Positions 1 through 8,986 of a stretch of 64,000 nt of DNA are shown here, piece by piece (positions within the stretch are counted from its first letter, which is position 1; the number at the start of each line of letters is the position of its first letter). The notes beneath the pieces are model-generated. The model was not told the origin of the DNA and did no database searches. It saw only the letters and a program-made list of their open reading frames with translations. Source of the DNA: Chthoniobacterales bacterium (GTDB taxonomy: Bacteria > Verrucomicrobiota > Verrucomicrobiia > Chthoniobacterales > Chthoniobacteraceae); assembly GCA_038207335.1 (NCBI GenBank), contig JBBQZX010000005.1, forward strand, positions 162,439 to 226,438, in the 5' to 3' direction. Made by a program: the position numbers and the translations under genes.

Positions 1-508
1 TCCAGCGGGTGCCGGGATGGGCATCGGTGTAGGAGAGTTCGGCGGCGACCTTGTGGAAGTTCTCCTCGTCGTAATCGTGATTACCAAGCATGGCCCAGCA
101 CGGTCCGGGAAAGACGGTCGCAGGATACATGTCTTCGAAGCCTTCCTTCCAGCGCGGCGAAACCACGCCGCCCGGCATGGCTCCATAGAAATTGTCGCCC
201 AACAAAAAAATCCCATCCGTCCGAATGCCGCGTGTCTGGACGTAGCCCTGCATGGCTGCGGCGACTTCGCTCTGCATGCTGGGCGCGTTGGGATCGCCGT
301 CGTTGGGGTTGGGCACGCTCTTGGGATTGACGATCTTGTATCTCTTCGTGTTTCCGAAGTCGCCGAGCATCAGGAAATTCAAACCCACCTCGTCGGCCAG
401 AGGCGCGCTGAATGCGGGCATGCGTGCAGCCAAGGCTGTCGCGGCGCTAAAGGCGAAAACCTGTCGGAGAAGGTGGCGGCGGGTGATGCTGGGTGAGGTC
501 AAAGACAA
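1..508 (-). CDS. Tat-exported metallophosphoesterase (purple acid phosphatase/calcineurin-like), 3' end outside the window
   Basis: Manual translation (absent from the ORF track): LTSPSITRRHLLRQ signal, then LGDFG, LLGDNFY and MLGNHDY metallophosphoesterase motifs; start is TTG at 508 or 502. Confidence 0.8.
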   Translation of the reverse strand, partial: MSLTSPSITRRHLLRQVFAFSAATALAARMPAFSAPLADEVGLNFLMLGDFGNTKRYKIVNPKSVPNPNDGDPNAPSMQSEVAAAMQGYVQTRGIRTDGIFLLGDNFYGAMPGGVVSPRWKEGFEDMYPATVFPGPCWAMLGNHDYDEENFHKVAAELSYTDAHPGTRW

Positions 509-616
509 GGGGTTCAAGAAAGTGTTGAGTGATTCGTAATCTCTCGATTTCCGCTCAACAATCACGCTTTCGGCTAGGTCCGGGACGTTGTATGAAAATG
601 CGCGATTTCTCCGCCT

Positions 617-1150
617 ATGATCCCCCGTCGCGATGCCATCCAACGTCTCTCCCTGCTGCTCGGCGGGGTACTTTCGACGCAGCTCACCGCTGGCTTACTC
701 GGTGAGGTCCTGAATACCGGCTCGAGCATCGAGGTGTCACCCGCTCAGGTGAAGCTGCTCGCCGACGCTGCGGACACCATCATTCCCGATACCGACACGC
801 CGGGCGCGAAAGCGGCGGGCGTCGAGCAGTTCATCGTGAGGGTCATGCGCGACTGCTACGTTCGCGAGGAGCAGGCGAAGTTTTACGACGGACTTGCAAA
901 GCTCGACGACGCGAGCCGCAAAGCACACACGCGCGGATTTTCCGACCTCGACGCGGCGCAGCGCAAGGAGCTGATGGCGCTGACCGCGAAGACCGACAAA
1001 CCATTCTTCCGCCAGCTTCGCGAGCTGACCATCGCCGGTTATTTCACCTCCGAAATTGGTGCGACGAAAGCGCTTGCTTACCTGCCCATCCCCGGTCGCT
1101 TCGAGGGCGATATTCCCCTCACGCCGGGCCAGAAAGCGTGGGCTCTCTAG
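617..1150 (+). CDS. Gluconate 2-dehydrogenase subunit 3 family protein (Tat carrier subunit)
   Basis: PRRDAI twin-arginine N-terminus, IIPDTDTPGA and GYFTSEIG motifs; directly upstream of a GMC flavoprotein. Confidence 0.85.
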   Translation: MIPRRDAIQRLSLLLGGVLSTQLTAGLLGEVLNTGSSIEVSPAQVKLLADAADTIIPDTDTPGAKAAGVEQFIVRVMRDCYVREEQAKFYDGLAKLDDASRKAHTRGFSDLDAAQRKELMALTAKTDKPFFRQLRELTIAGYFTSEIGATKALAYLPIPGRFEGDIPLTPGQKAWAL

Positions 1151-1169
1151 TTCTTCACCCACCCCTGCC

Positions 1170-2885
1170 ATGGCAAATCTCAACATCGATTCCATCAAGG
1201 AACTGACCTATGACGCGATCGTCATCGGCTCCGGCGTTTCCGGTGGCTGGGCGGCAAAGGAGCTGACCGAAAAAGGTCTGCGCGTGCTAATGCTGGAGCG
1301 CGGAAAACCGCTCGAGCACGTCACCGGCTACGAGAATGCGCTCAAGGCTCCGTGGGAGCTGAAATACAACGGGAAGCTGACCACCGAGCAGATCGAGTCG
1401 CACCCGAAGCTGGCGCGCGACTATCCGTACAACGAGATGACGGAGAAGTATTGGTTCAAGGACTCCGACTCGCTGTATCGCGAGGTTCAGCGGTTCGACT
1501 GGTATCGACCGAACATCGTCGGCGGCAAGTCGATCATGTGGGGTCGGCAGTCGTATCGGCTCAGCGATATCGACTTCGAGGCGAACCTGCGCGATGGCAT
1601 CGCCGTGGACTGGCCGATTCGCTACGCCGACCTCGCGCCGTGGTATTCGTATGCGGAAAAGTTCGCGGGCATCTCCGGCGAAAAGCTCGGCTTGCCGCAG
1701 TTGCCGGACGGCGAATTCCTGCCGCCAATGGAGATGTATTTTCTCGAAAAAGAAGTGCGGAAGCGGATCGAGAAAAACTTCCCCGGCCGCGTGATGACCA
1801 TCGGCCGCGTGGCGAATCTCTCAAAGGCCGGCGAGGCGCAGCTCGGTGTCGGTCGCGGGCCGTGCCAATACCGGAATCGCTGTTCGTGGGGCTGCCCGTT
1901 CGGCGCGTATTTCAGCACGCAATCATCCACGCTACCTGCGGCGGCGAATACCGGCCGGCTCACGCTGCGGCCGGATTCGGTAGTCACCGAGATCACCTAC
2001 GACGACGCCACTCAGCGCGCGACCGGCGTGCGCGTGCGCGATGCCGTGACGCTGGAGGACCGCGAGTATTTCGCGAATATCGTCTTCATTTGCGCGAGCA
2101 CGATCAGTTCCACCGCGCTGCTCATGCATTCCACCTCCGCGCGTTTCCCGAGCGGCCTCGGCAATGATTCCGACCAGCTCGGGCGCAACCTGATGGATCA
2201 CCACTTCCGCACCGGCGCCGCGGGGCGCTGGGAGGGTGGACTCGACCGCTACTACTACGGTCGCCGCGCGAATGGCATCTACATTCCCCGCTACCGCAAT
2301 CTCAACGGCGACCAGCGCGACTACGTGCGCGGCTTCGGTTTCCAAGGCGGCGCGAGCCGTGGCAACTGGCAACGCGGCGTCGCCGAGCTTTCCTTTGGCG
2401 AAGAGCTCAAGAACGAACTCACCGAACCCGGCGAGTGGACGATGGGCCTCGGCGGATTCGGCGAAACGCTGCCTTACAGCGACAACCGCATGTGGCTCGA
2501 CAAAACCACGCGCGACAAATGGGGTATTCCCGTAGTGGTCTTCGACGCCGGCCTGCGGGACAACGAAAAGAAAATGCGCGTGGACATGGCCAACGACGCC
2601 GCCGAGATGCTCACCGCCGCCGGCCTCAAGGACGTGGCGACTCACGACAAAGGCTCCGCGCTCGGCATGGCCATCCACGAGATGGGCACCGCCCGCATGG
2701 GTCGCGACCCAAAGACATCCATCTACAACGCTCACAACCAGCTCCACACCGTGCCGAACGTCTTCGGCACCGACGGCGCGTGCATGACCTCCACCGGCTG
2801 CGTGAATCCATCGCTCACTTTCATGGCCCTCACCGCCCGCGCCGCAGACTTTGCCGTGGAGGAGTTGAAAAAGGGCAACATCTAG
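1170..2885 (+). CDS. GMC family FAD oxidoreductase (glucoside 3-dehydrogenase-like)
   Basis: DAIVIGSGVSGG FAD motif, C-x4-C-x3-C cluster, HEMGTARMG and NPSLT C-terminal motifs; start placed at ATG 1170. Confidence 0.9.
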   Translation: MANLNIDSIKELTYDAIVIGSGVSGGWAAKELTEKGLRVLMLERGKPLEHVTGYENALKAPWELKYNGKLTTEQIESHPKLARDYPYNEMTEKYWFKDSDSLYREVQRFDWYRPNIVGGKSIMWGRQSYRLSDIDFEANLRDGIAVDWPIRYADLAPWYSYAEKFAGISGEKLGLPQLPDGEFLPPMEMYFLEKEVRKRIEKNFPGRVMTIGRVANLSKAGEAQLGVGRGPCQYRNRCSWGCPFGAYFSTQSSTLPAAANTGRLTLRPDSVVTEITYDDATQRATGVRVRDAVTLEDREYFANIVFICASTISSTALLMHSTSARFPSGLGNDSDQLGRNLMDHHFRTGAAGRWEGGLDRYYYGRRANGIYIPRYRNLNGDQRDYVRGFGFQGGASRGNWQRGVAELSFGEELKNELTEPGEWTMGLGGFGETLPYSDNRMWLDKTTRDKWGIPVVVFDAGLRDNEKKMRVDMANDAAEMLTAAGLKDVATHDKGSALGMAIHEMGTARMGRDPKTSIYNAHNQLHTVPNVFGTDGACMTSTGCVNPSLTFMALTARAADFAVEELKKGNI

Positions 2886-2895
2886 CCCTTTTCCA

Positions 2896-3050
2896 TCGCT
2901 TCCAAAGTGGCGCTTTGGAAACGCCCACCGCCCGGCTCATACTCCGTTTCGTGTACGCGAGAGGACTGGAATACCACGCCATCGCACCCGTCCTGCGACC
3001 GCGAAGCACAGATTCTTCCGGACAGTGAACCGTTCCAAAAGCCTATTTCC
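2896..3050. repeat. Degenerate palindromic REP-like element
   Basis: TTCCAAAG-TGGCG-CTTTGGAA hairpin followed by further partial palindromes in the intergenic space. Confidence 0.35.
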
Positions 3051-3111
3051 TCAGTCCCGGGGAACCACGGTGACGCTTCCCTGCGATTACGATTCAAAAT
3101 CCCCGATCGCC

Positions 3112-3453
3112 ATGAAAATGAACCTCCTTCTTGCCACCGCAATCTCCGGTGCCTTCCTTCTCTCCGGTTGCGTCGTGTATGACGAGCCCTACGCCGTCCG
3201 GCACGTCAGCGTCTCCACTGGCTCCCCCTACTACGGCAGCTACAACGAATACTCGCCTTACTACTCCTACAGCGGCCGCCGCTACTACAACTCGAACGGT
3301 CGGTACGTCTATTACTCCGGCCGCAACCCCTACTACGTCTCATCCCTCCCCTCGCACGCCGTTTACGTCACCCCGCGGGGCAGCAGCTACGGCAACAGTT
3401 ACGGACACGGTTACGGTCGCAGCTACGGGCACACCGTCGTCCGGCGCTACTGA
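3112..3453 (+). CDS. Small Tyr/Ser/Gly-rich lipoprotein
   Basis: MKMNLLL...LSGC lipobox; low-complexity Tyr-rich mature region. Confidence 0.75.
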   Translation: MKMNLLLATAISGAFLLSGCVVYDEPYAVRHVSVSTGSPYYGSYNEYSPYYSYSGRRYYNSNGRYVYYSGRNPYYVSSLPSHAVYVTPRGSSYGNSYGHGYGRSYGHTVVRRY

Positions 3454-3493
3454 GGAGAAGACCCGTTTGCGGACAGATTTCCGACCGTTCGCC

Positions 3494-3745
3494 TTAGTTG
3501 GCAAGGATCACCTGCTCCTCCTGCGTCACGCCTTTACCGAATAGACGCTGATGTTCCCGTCGCTACTCGCTCGCGCGCGTGAAATTGAGGCCCCCTGTGA
3601 TGATCGCCCGCGAGCGTCACGAAGTCCGCGGCATCCCGCCAGAGTTCCTTGAGCTGGAAGGATTTGCTGTCCGCAAGCTTCACCACCAGCGTCGCGTAGA
3701 GGTCGTCGAGAAAGCTCTTCACCGCGTTGCTCGTAAAGCCCTGCA
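3494..3745 (-). pseudogene. Frameshifted internal fragment of a larger gene, possibly a TIR/WD40/Roc-COR-type protein
   Basis: Host-like codon usage, LDDLYATLVVKL...ELWRDAADF segment, no start codon, frameshifts near 3590 and 3540; the family is recalled resemblance only. Confidence 0.4.
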
Positions 3746-3925
3746 GAGAATATGAACGTGATCTTCGGTGCTATTGATGACGATCGGCTCGCACCCAATC
3801 TTTTGCAGAACGCCCGCCACATAAGCGTGCAGCCGGGAGCGAATTTCGGCGTCTTTGAAAAATGGAACGCGGTTCTTCGTGCTGAAGACAACATGCAGGA
3901 CGACGCGGGCTAGGGATTGCGGTAT
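3745..3925 (-). mobile_element. Truncated IS200/IS605-like (RAYT-type) HUH tyrosine transposase remnant
   Basis: (I)PQSLARVVLHVVFSTKNR...EDHVHIL; start codon appears mutated to ATA; ends right after the HUH motif with no catalytic Tyr; palindromes upstream at 3941-4025. Confidence 0.85.
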
Positions 3926-3940
3926 AACGTAGGGAATTGT

Positions 3941-4025
3941 TACGCCCACGTTGGGGCTTTGCGCATTTTTTGTTTCCCGACCCAAGGCTTGCCCTGGGCG
4001 GGCTTGCGGCAGGCCTTTGACCTAG
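3941..4025 (-). repeat. Three-hairpin terminal structure of the transposase remnant
   Basis: On the minus strand AGGTCAAAGGCCT, GCCCAGGGCAAGCCTTGGG and GCCCCAACGTGGGC precede the ORF. Confidence 0.6.
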
Positions 4026-4843
4026 GCACCTAGTGAGACAATGACCGAACCACCAAGAGTCGACAGGACCGACTTGGGAGGTGACGGTGGAATAGCGCTT
4101 ACCAGTTCGCGTACCATTGAAGCTTTCCAGACGATCCCGAGATCCGATTCGTCGTTGATGCGGCCTGAATAGACGCCGAGAAACCGGGTGATCGGGCCCC
4201 CAAACGCGGTTGAGCCGCCATCGGTCATTGCGACCATCCCACGTTTCTGTGCGCAATGACTGCGGATCCAGACTGCCCTTTTCGCGCACGGCAATCGACG
4301 AGGAGAATTGGTTTATTTTGGTAGTCTACTTTCTGGCTCCGTCGCGACAAATCCTGTTGCCCATATCGCCATTGAGCCCCCGCTTCGGAGTCCGAATGGG
4401 AAGCCGACAATACTGATAGAATCGGCTGGCATAACCAAGATTTCGGAACGCTTAACCTGAAGCGAGTAAGGATAGCACTTCACATTCACGAGGTTCGTGA
4501 GAGGGAGAGCAACCACGTCAGCTCCGGGCCCATATTTTGGGTGCTCGAACCATAGAGGATGGTCATCGATCACAAGAGGCTCGATTCGCTCCACCCACCT
4601 TCCCAGTCCTGAAGTCGCATTGTGATGAATGATCACTTCGTTCGGAATCCCTCCTGTGTCAGAGATAACTTTGTCCGTTTCGGGGCGTCGCCCGGTCACG
4701 TTGTGACGGTTTGTTATGAGAGCCGGACCTCTGGCACACTCGACCAAAAAGCCGGTTGCAGTCGCCAGGAAATGACCATCAAAACGGAAGTCGAGAAACA
4801 GAGACTGCACCGAAGGCAGAAGTATCTGTTGCGGCCCGTTCAC
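4022..4843 (-). pseudogene. Trypsin-like serine protease broken by a +1 (about 4331) and a -1 (about 4242) frameshift
   Basis: ATGFLV, TNRHNV (His), GADVV (Asp) and VGFPFG in frame 1; KGQSGSAV (Ser) in the shifted frame; FLGVYSGR...LGIVWK back in the original frame; more AT-rich than the host. Confidence 0.85.
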
Positions 4844-5397
4844 CTCGCACTCTCCGTTTGAGCAAACACAACGGCCTGCCGCACCATCCCGAGCAACCTA
4901 TTCGGATTGATGGTAGCACCGATGCTACTTCCCGAGGCGTGCGCGAAGTCGAGCTGTCGCCGAACTTCGCGGTCAGAACGCTGCTTCCCCGGCGAACGGC
5001 AAATTTTCAGGAGCTTCGCATACTCCTGCTCGCGATCCGCCGGGAGCCAGTTGATGTAAAGGAATTGCGCCAAGGAGCCTTCGATGGGGGCGTCGTCGAG
5101 GCGCAGGGGAAGGAAGCGGCGCTCCTTGTTCAGCGGGTCGCGAAATCGGAAGGTGCCGGACTCCAATTGCGCCCAGTCGGAGCCGAACGCATGCGCCGAC
5201 ATGCAGAGCACCAGCACGCGCGAGCGCTCCAGCCCTTCCTCGATCTTCGCCGGGATGCTGTCGCCGGGCTTGAGCACCCATTCATCGAACCACACCTTCA
5301 CCCCGTCCGCCCGCAACCGCTCCGCCAGCGGGCGCACCACCGCCTCGTCCTTCGCGCTGTGGCTCAGGAAGACGTCGTATTCGAACTCGTCGGCCAT
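4840..5397 (-). CDS. TIR domain (TIR_2) protein with a short tail
   Basis: YDVFLSHS, VWFDEW, SDWAQLE with the conserved Glu, FLPLRLD; stop overlaps the protease start (GTGA). Confidence 0.9.
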   Translation of the reverse strand: MADEFEYDVFLSHSAKDEAVVRPLAERLRADGVKVWFDEWVLKPGDSIPAKIEEGLERSRVLVLCMSAHAFGSDWAQLESGTFRFRDPLNKERRFLPLRLDDAPIEGSLAQFLYINWLPADREQEYAKLLKICRSPGKQRSDREVRRQLDFAHASGSSIGATINPNRLLGMVRQAVVFAQTESAR

Positions 5398-5458
5398 GGT
5401 TTTTAGGGGAGACGATCGGTGGCCCTGCCTTCGCTTCGAGCGGATTGGTGGGCGCGGG

Positions 5459-6334
5459 CTAGCCGACGATTTCGGTGCCGATGCCGGCGTTAGTGAAGAT
5501 TTCTAGGAGGAGGGCGTGAGGGAAGCGGCCGTCGATGAAGTGGACTTTCTTCACGCCTTGCCCGAGGGCGTGCATGGCGCTGTCCACTTTTGGGATCATG
5601 CCGCCGGATATGATTTCCTCCTCAAGCAGGTGCTCGATCATCTGGCGTGTGACGGATGGGATGAGCGATTGCTTGTCCATCGGGTCGCGCATGATGCCGG
5701 GCACGTCGCTGAGGTAGATGAATTTCGCGGCTTTCAAATGTCCGGCGATGGTGCCGGCGGCGATGTCGGCGTTGATGTTCAAAACCGTGCCGTCGTCGGT
5801 GGTTGCGAGCGGGGAGATGACGGGGACTTTTTCCTCGGCGATGGCCTGCATGATTTCGTCGAGTTGCACGTCGATGACTTCGCCGACGAAGCCGAGGTCA
5901 ATGCCGGTGGCTTTGCCTTCGGTCTGCGGCGGGAGCTTTTTGCCGCGCAGGATTCGCTTGCCGGGGATGCCCACGGCTTTTCCGCCGAAGTCGTTGAGGA
6001 GCTTGACGATGCCGGGGTTGATGAGGGTGTCGAGGACGTCCTCAACGATGCCGATGGATTGCGCGTCGGTGACGCGCAGGCCGTTGACGAATTTCGGCTT
6101 GAGCCCGGCGTCGCGCATCCGGCTGGTGATGGCTTTTCCGCCGCCGTGGATGAGGACGGGATTGATGCCGACGGCTTCGAGAAAGACGACATCGCGCAGG
6201 AAGCGCTCAACGACGTTGTCGTCATCCATGGCGCTGCCGCCGTATTTGATGACGAAGAGTGCGCCGCGGAATTTCTGGATGAAAGGGAGCGCCTCGAGGA
6301 GCGCCTCAGCTCGTGCAGTGGGTTGTTGGGCCAT
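5459..6334 (-). CDS. argB: Acetylglutamate kinase
   Basis: VIKYGGSAM, HGGG, GLRVTD, NINAD and GGMIPK motifs. Confidence 0.97.
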   Translation of the reverse strand: MAQQPTARAEALLEALPFIQKFRGALFVIKYGGSAMDDDNVVERFLRDVVFLEAVGINPVLIHGGGKAITSRMRDAGLKPKFVNGLRVTDAQSIGIVEDVLDTLINPGIVKLLNDFGGKAVGIPGKRILRGKKLPPQTEGKATGIDLGFVGEVIDVQLDEIMQAIAEEKVPVISPLATTDDGTVLNINADIAAGTIAGHLKAAKFIYLSDVPGIMRDPMDKQSLIPSVTRQMIEHLLEEEIISGGMIPKVDSAMHALGQGVKKVHFIDGRFPHALLLEIFTNAGIGTEIVG

Positions 6335-6344
6335 TTTTGGAAAG

Positions 6345-6430
6345 TGGTGAGTTGGTTGATTGAGAGAGTGGCCAATGTGGGACCGCCAGGGAGTTTCGGC
6401 GGGCGCGCCTTTTCTCTCAACTCTCAACTC
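6345..6430. repeat. Inverted pair of short heptamer repeats
   Basis: (CTCTCAA)2 at 6414-6427 facing the degenerate complement GTTGATTGAGAGAG near 6355-6368. Confidence 0.45.
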
Positions 6431-6449
6431 ACGCCGCTCATCCGCCCAC

Positions 6450-7658
6450 TCACTCGCCCATGTTGAGCCGCACGTATTCTTCGCTCAGGTCGGTGGTATA
6501 GACGATGTATTCGGCGTCGCCGAGCTGGAGGTCGATGGTGACGGTGAAGCTCCTCGCCGCGACGATTTTTTGCAGTTCGGAAAATGGCGTGCAGCTCGCC
6601 ATGCCGCACTTCACCGCGCTCACGCCGTCGTAGAAAATATCGACCAGTTCTTCGCGCATCTTCGCGCCGGAGTAGCCGATGGCGTCCATGATGCGGCCCC
6701 AATTCGGGTCGCCGCCAAACCACGCGCATTTCGTGAGCGTCGATTTTGCCACCGCCTCCGCCGCGCGCCGCGCGTCGCTGAAACTCGTCGCACCTCGCAC
6801 ATTCACCTCGACGAATTTCGTGACGCCCTCGCCATCCTCCACGATCAGCCGTGCGAGCGCGCAGGTGACGTGATCGAGCGCGCTCTGGAATTTCGCAAAG
6901 CTCTCGCTGCCGGAGATGAGCGGGGAATTTTCCGCGAGGCCGTTTGCGAGGATGAGCACGGTGTCGTTCGTGCTCATGTCGCCATCGATCGTGATGCGGT
7001 TAAACGACTGCTCGACCGCAACGGAGAGCGATTTTTGCAGCAGTTCCTTGTCGATCGCGGCGTCGGTCGTGAGAAAGCAGAGCATCGTGGCCATGTTCGG
7101 GTCGATCATGCCCGCGCCTTTCGCGATGCCGCCGATGCGCACTTTCACCCGGTCGATCTCGAGCTCGACCGCGATGGATTTTGGGAAAGTGTCGCTCGTC
7201 ATGATCGCTGCCGCCGCACGTTCGCTGCCGTGCGCGTCGAGCAGCACGGGCATCGTGGCGATGGTCGCTTCCATTTTCTCGATCGGCAGCGGAACGCCGA
7301 TGCGACCGGTCGAGCAGACGAGCACCTGCTTATCCTTCAGTCCCAGCGCCGCAGCGGTCGCGCGCACCATGCGCTGCGCGGTCTCGATGCCGCCGACGCC
7401 GGTGCATGCATTCGCGTTGCCCGCATTCGCGACGATCGCGCGCACATCGGCCGAGCGCACGTTCGCCTTCGAGATGCGCACAGGCGCGGCCTTCACTTTA
7501 TTCGTCGTGAAGGTGCCCGCGGCCACGGTCGGCTGTGGCGAATGGATCATCGCGATGTCGGGCCGATCGAGGTTCGCGGCCTTGATGCCGCAGTACGCGC
7601 TGCCGGCGATGAAGCCGAGTGGTGCGGTGATGCCGCCTGTGATTTCGGTGAAAGGCAT
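6450..7658 (-). CDS. argJ: Ornithine acetyltransferase / N-acetylglutamate synthase
   Basis: GNANACTG, STGRIG, KGAGMIDPNMATML and DGDMSTND motifs. Confidence 0.97.
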   Translation of the reverse strand: MPFTEITGGITAPLGFIAGSAYCGIKAANLDRPDIAMIHSPQPTVAAGTFTTNKVKAAPVRISKANVRSADVRAIVANAGNANACTGVGGIETAQRMVRATAAALGLKDKQVLVCSTGRIGVPLPIEKMEATIATMPVLLDAHGSERAAAAIMTSDTFPKSIAVELEIDRVKVRIGGIAKGAGMIDPNMATMLCFLTTDAAIDKELLQKSLSVAVEQSFNRITIDGDMSTNDTVLILANGLAENSPLISGSESFAKFQSALDHVTCALARLIVEDGEGVTKFVEVNVRGATSFSDARRAAEAVAKSTLTKCAWFGGDPNWGRIMDAIGYSGAKMREELVDIFYDGVSAVKCGMASCTPFSELQKIVAARSFTVTIDLQLGDAEYIVYTTDLSEEYVRLNMGE

Positions 7659-7778
7659 TTCGAGAGGCTGTTCCAAGTCTAGCTACCGCCGAAATCGGAA
7701 CAGGCTACTGAAAGCGAATTCCGTGCGCGAGTTCGAGAACCTTCCGTGAGAATCTTCGCACCCGGCCTGCAGCCGGGA

Positions 7779-7887
7779 AGCGGGGCGCAATTTTCGCCTC
7801 GAGAATGGTCAATGGTGAGCAGCGGGGCGGAATTTTCGCCTCGAGAATGGTCAATGGTGAGCAGCGGCGGGCAATTTTCGACCCGAG
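7779..7887. repeat. 42-bp tandem repeat, about 2.6 copies
   Basis: AGCGGGGCGSAATTTTCGCCTCGAGAATGGTCAATGGTGAGC units start at 7779, 7821 and 7863 (partial). Confidence 0.9.
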
Positions 7888-7896
7888 CTTGGAGGG

Positions 7897-8934
7897 CTAC
7901 AGCAGCGCCGTTTCCTCCGGCCAGCCGCACATCGCATTCATCGCCTGCACCGCCTGGCCCGCCGCGCCTTTCACGAGATTATCCTCCGCGCTAAGCAGGA
8001 CGAGCCGACCCGTGCGTGCGTCGAAGCGCCACGCGATGTCGCAGAAATTCGTGTGCGTAACGTGCTTCGTATCCGGCAGCGCCGAGTCGCCGAGCAGCCG
8101 CACGAATGTCTCGCGTTCATACTTTTCCACGAGCGCCTTCTCGATGTCCATCGGCCCAAGATCGAATGCCAGAAACGCATGGATCGTGGTGAAAATCCCG
8201 CGCGTCGCGGGCACGAGATGAGGCGTGAAAGTCACGGTTACGGGCTCTCCCTGCGCCTTCGAGAGTTCCTGTTCGATCTCCGCGAGATGCCGGTGTTTCG
8301 GCACGCCGTACGCGCGCACGCTCTCGTTGCATTCGGCGAAAAGATAATCCGTCTTCGCCGTTCGCCCCGCGCCGCTCACGCCGCTCATGCTGCAGATCGT
8401 GATCGACGCGGGATCAAGCAACCTCCGGCTCAGGAGCGGATGCAGCGGCAAAATCACGCTTGTCGGATAGCACCCCGGCGAGGCCACCAGCCGCGCCTCT
8501 CGGAGCTGTTCGCGATACAACTCCGGCATCCCGTAAACGCTCATCGCGGCGAGTTCCGGCGCGTGATGCGTCTCGCCATAGAACTCCTCGTACACCGCCG
8601 GGTCCTTGATCCGAAAATCCGCGCTCAAGTCGATCACGCGCACCCCTGCCTCCACGAGCGGCTTCGCAAATTCCGTCGCGACGCCATGCGGCAGCGCGAG
8701 GAAAATCAACCCCGCGCCCGTCGCCAAAATCGCCTCCACATTCGATTCGATGAACTCCAGCGCCGCATACCGCTGCCCCGCGAATTTCGGATACACCGCA
8801 TCGAGCCGCGCGCCTGCGTGCTGCCGCGAAGTGAGCGCGACAAGTTCCACTCCCGGATGTCGCATCAACAGCTTCACGAGTTCCTCCCCCGAATATCCGC
8901 TGGCTCCGACGACTGCGACTTTTTGGAGATTCAT
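7897..8934 (-). CDS. argC: N-acetyl-gamma-glutamyl-phosphate reductase
   Basis: GASGYSG, PGCYPT, SGVSGAG and DNLVKGAAGQA motifs. Confidence 0.97.
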   Translation of the reverse strand: MNLQKVAVVGASGYSGEELVKLLMRHPGVELVALTSRQHAGARLDAVYPKFAGQRYAALEFIESNVEAILATGAGLIFLALPHGVATEFAKPLVEAGVRVIDLSADFRIKDPAVYEEFYGETHHAPELAAMSVYGMPELYREQLREARLVASPGCYPTSVILPLHPLLSRRLLDPASITICSMSGVSGAGRTAKTDYLFAECNESVRAYGVPKHRHLAEIEQELSKAQGEPVTVTFTPHLVPATRGIFTTIHAFLAFDLGPMDIEKALVEKYERETFVRLLGDSALPDTKHVTHTNFCDIAWRFDARTGRLVLLSAEDNLVKGAAGQAVQAMNAMCGWPEETALL

Positions 8935-8986
8935 GCGGTAAAAATAGCCGCCTCTGGTGACAGCAAAAGCCGCAAACGTCGGAGCG

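Noticed and set aside
17..539. Plus-strand ORFs 17-496 and 252-539
   Set aside because: The minus strand encodes a clear metallophosphoesterase.
3061..3090. ECF-type promoter (GGAAC...CGAT)
   Set aside because: Weak -10 and atypical spacing; likely a chance match.
7779..7887. CRISPR array
   Set aside because: Contiguous tandem units without unique spacers; no cas genes in the window.
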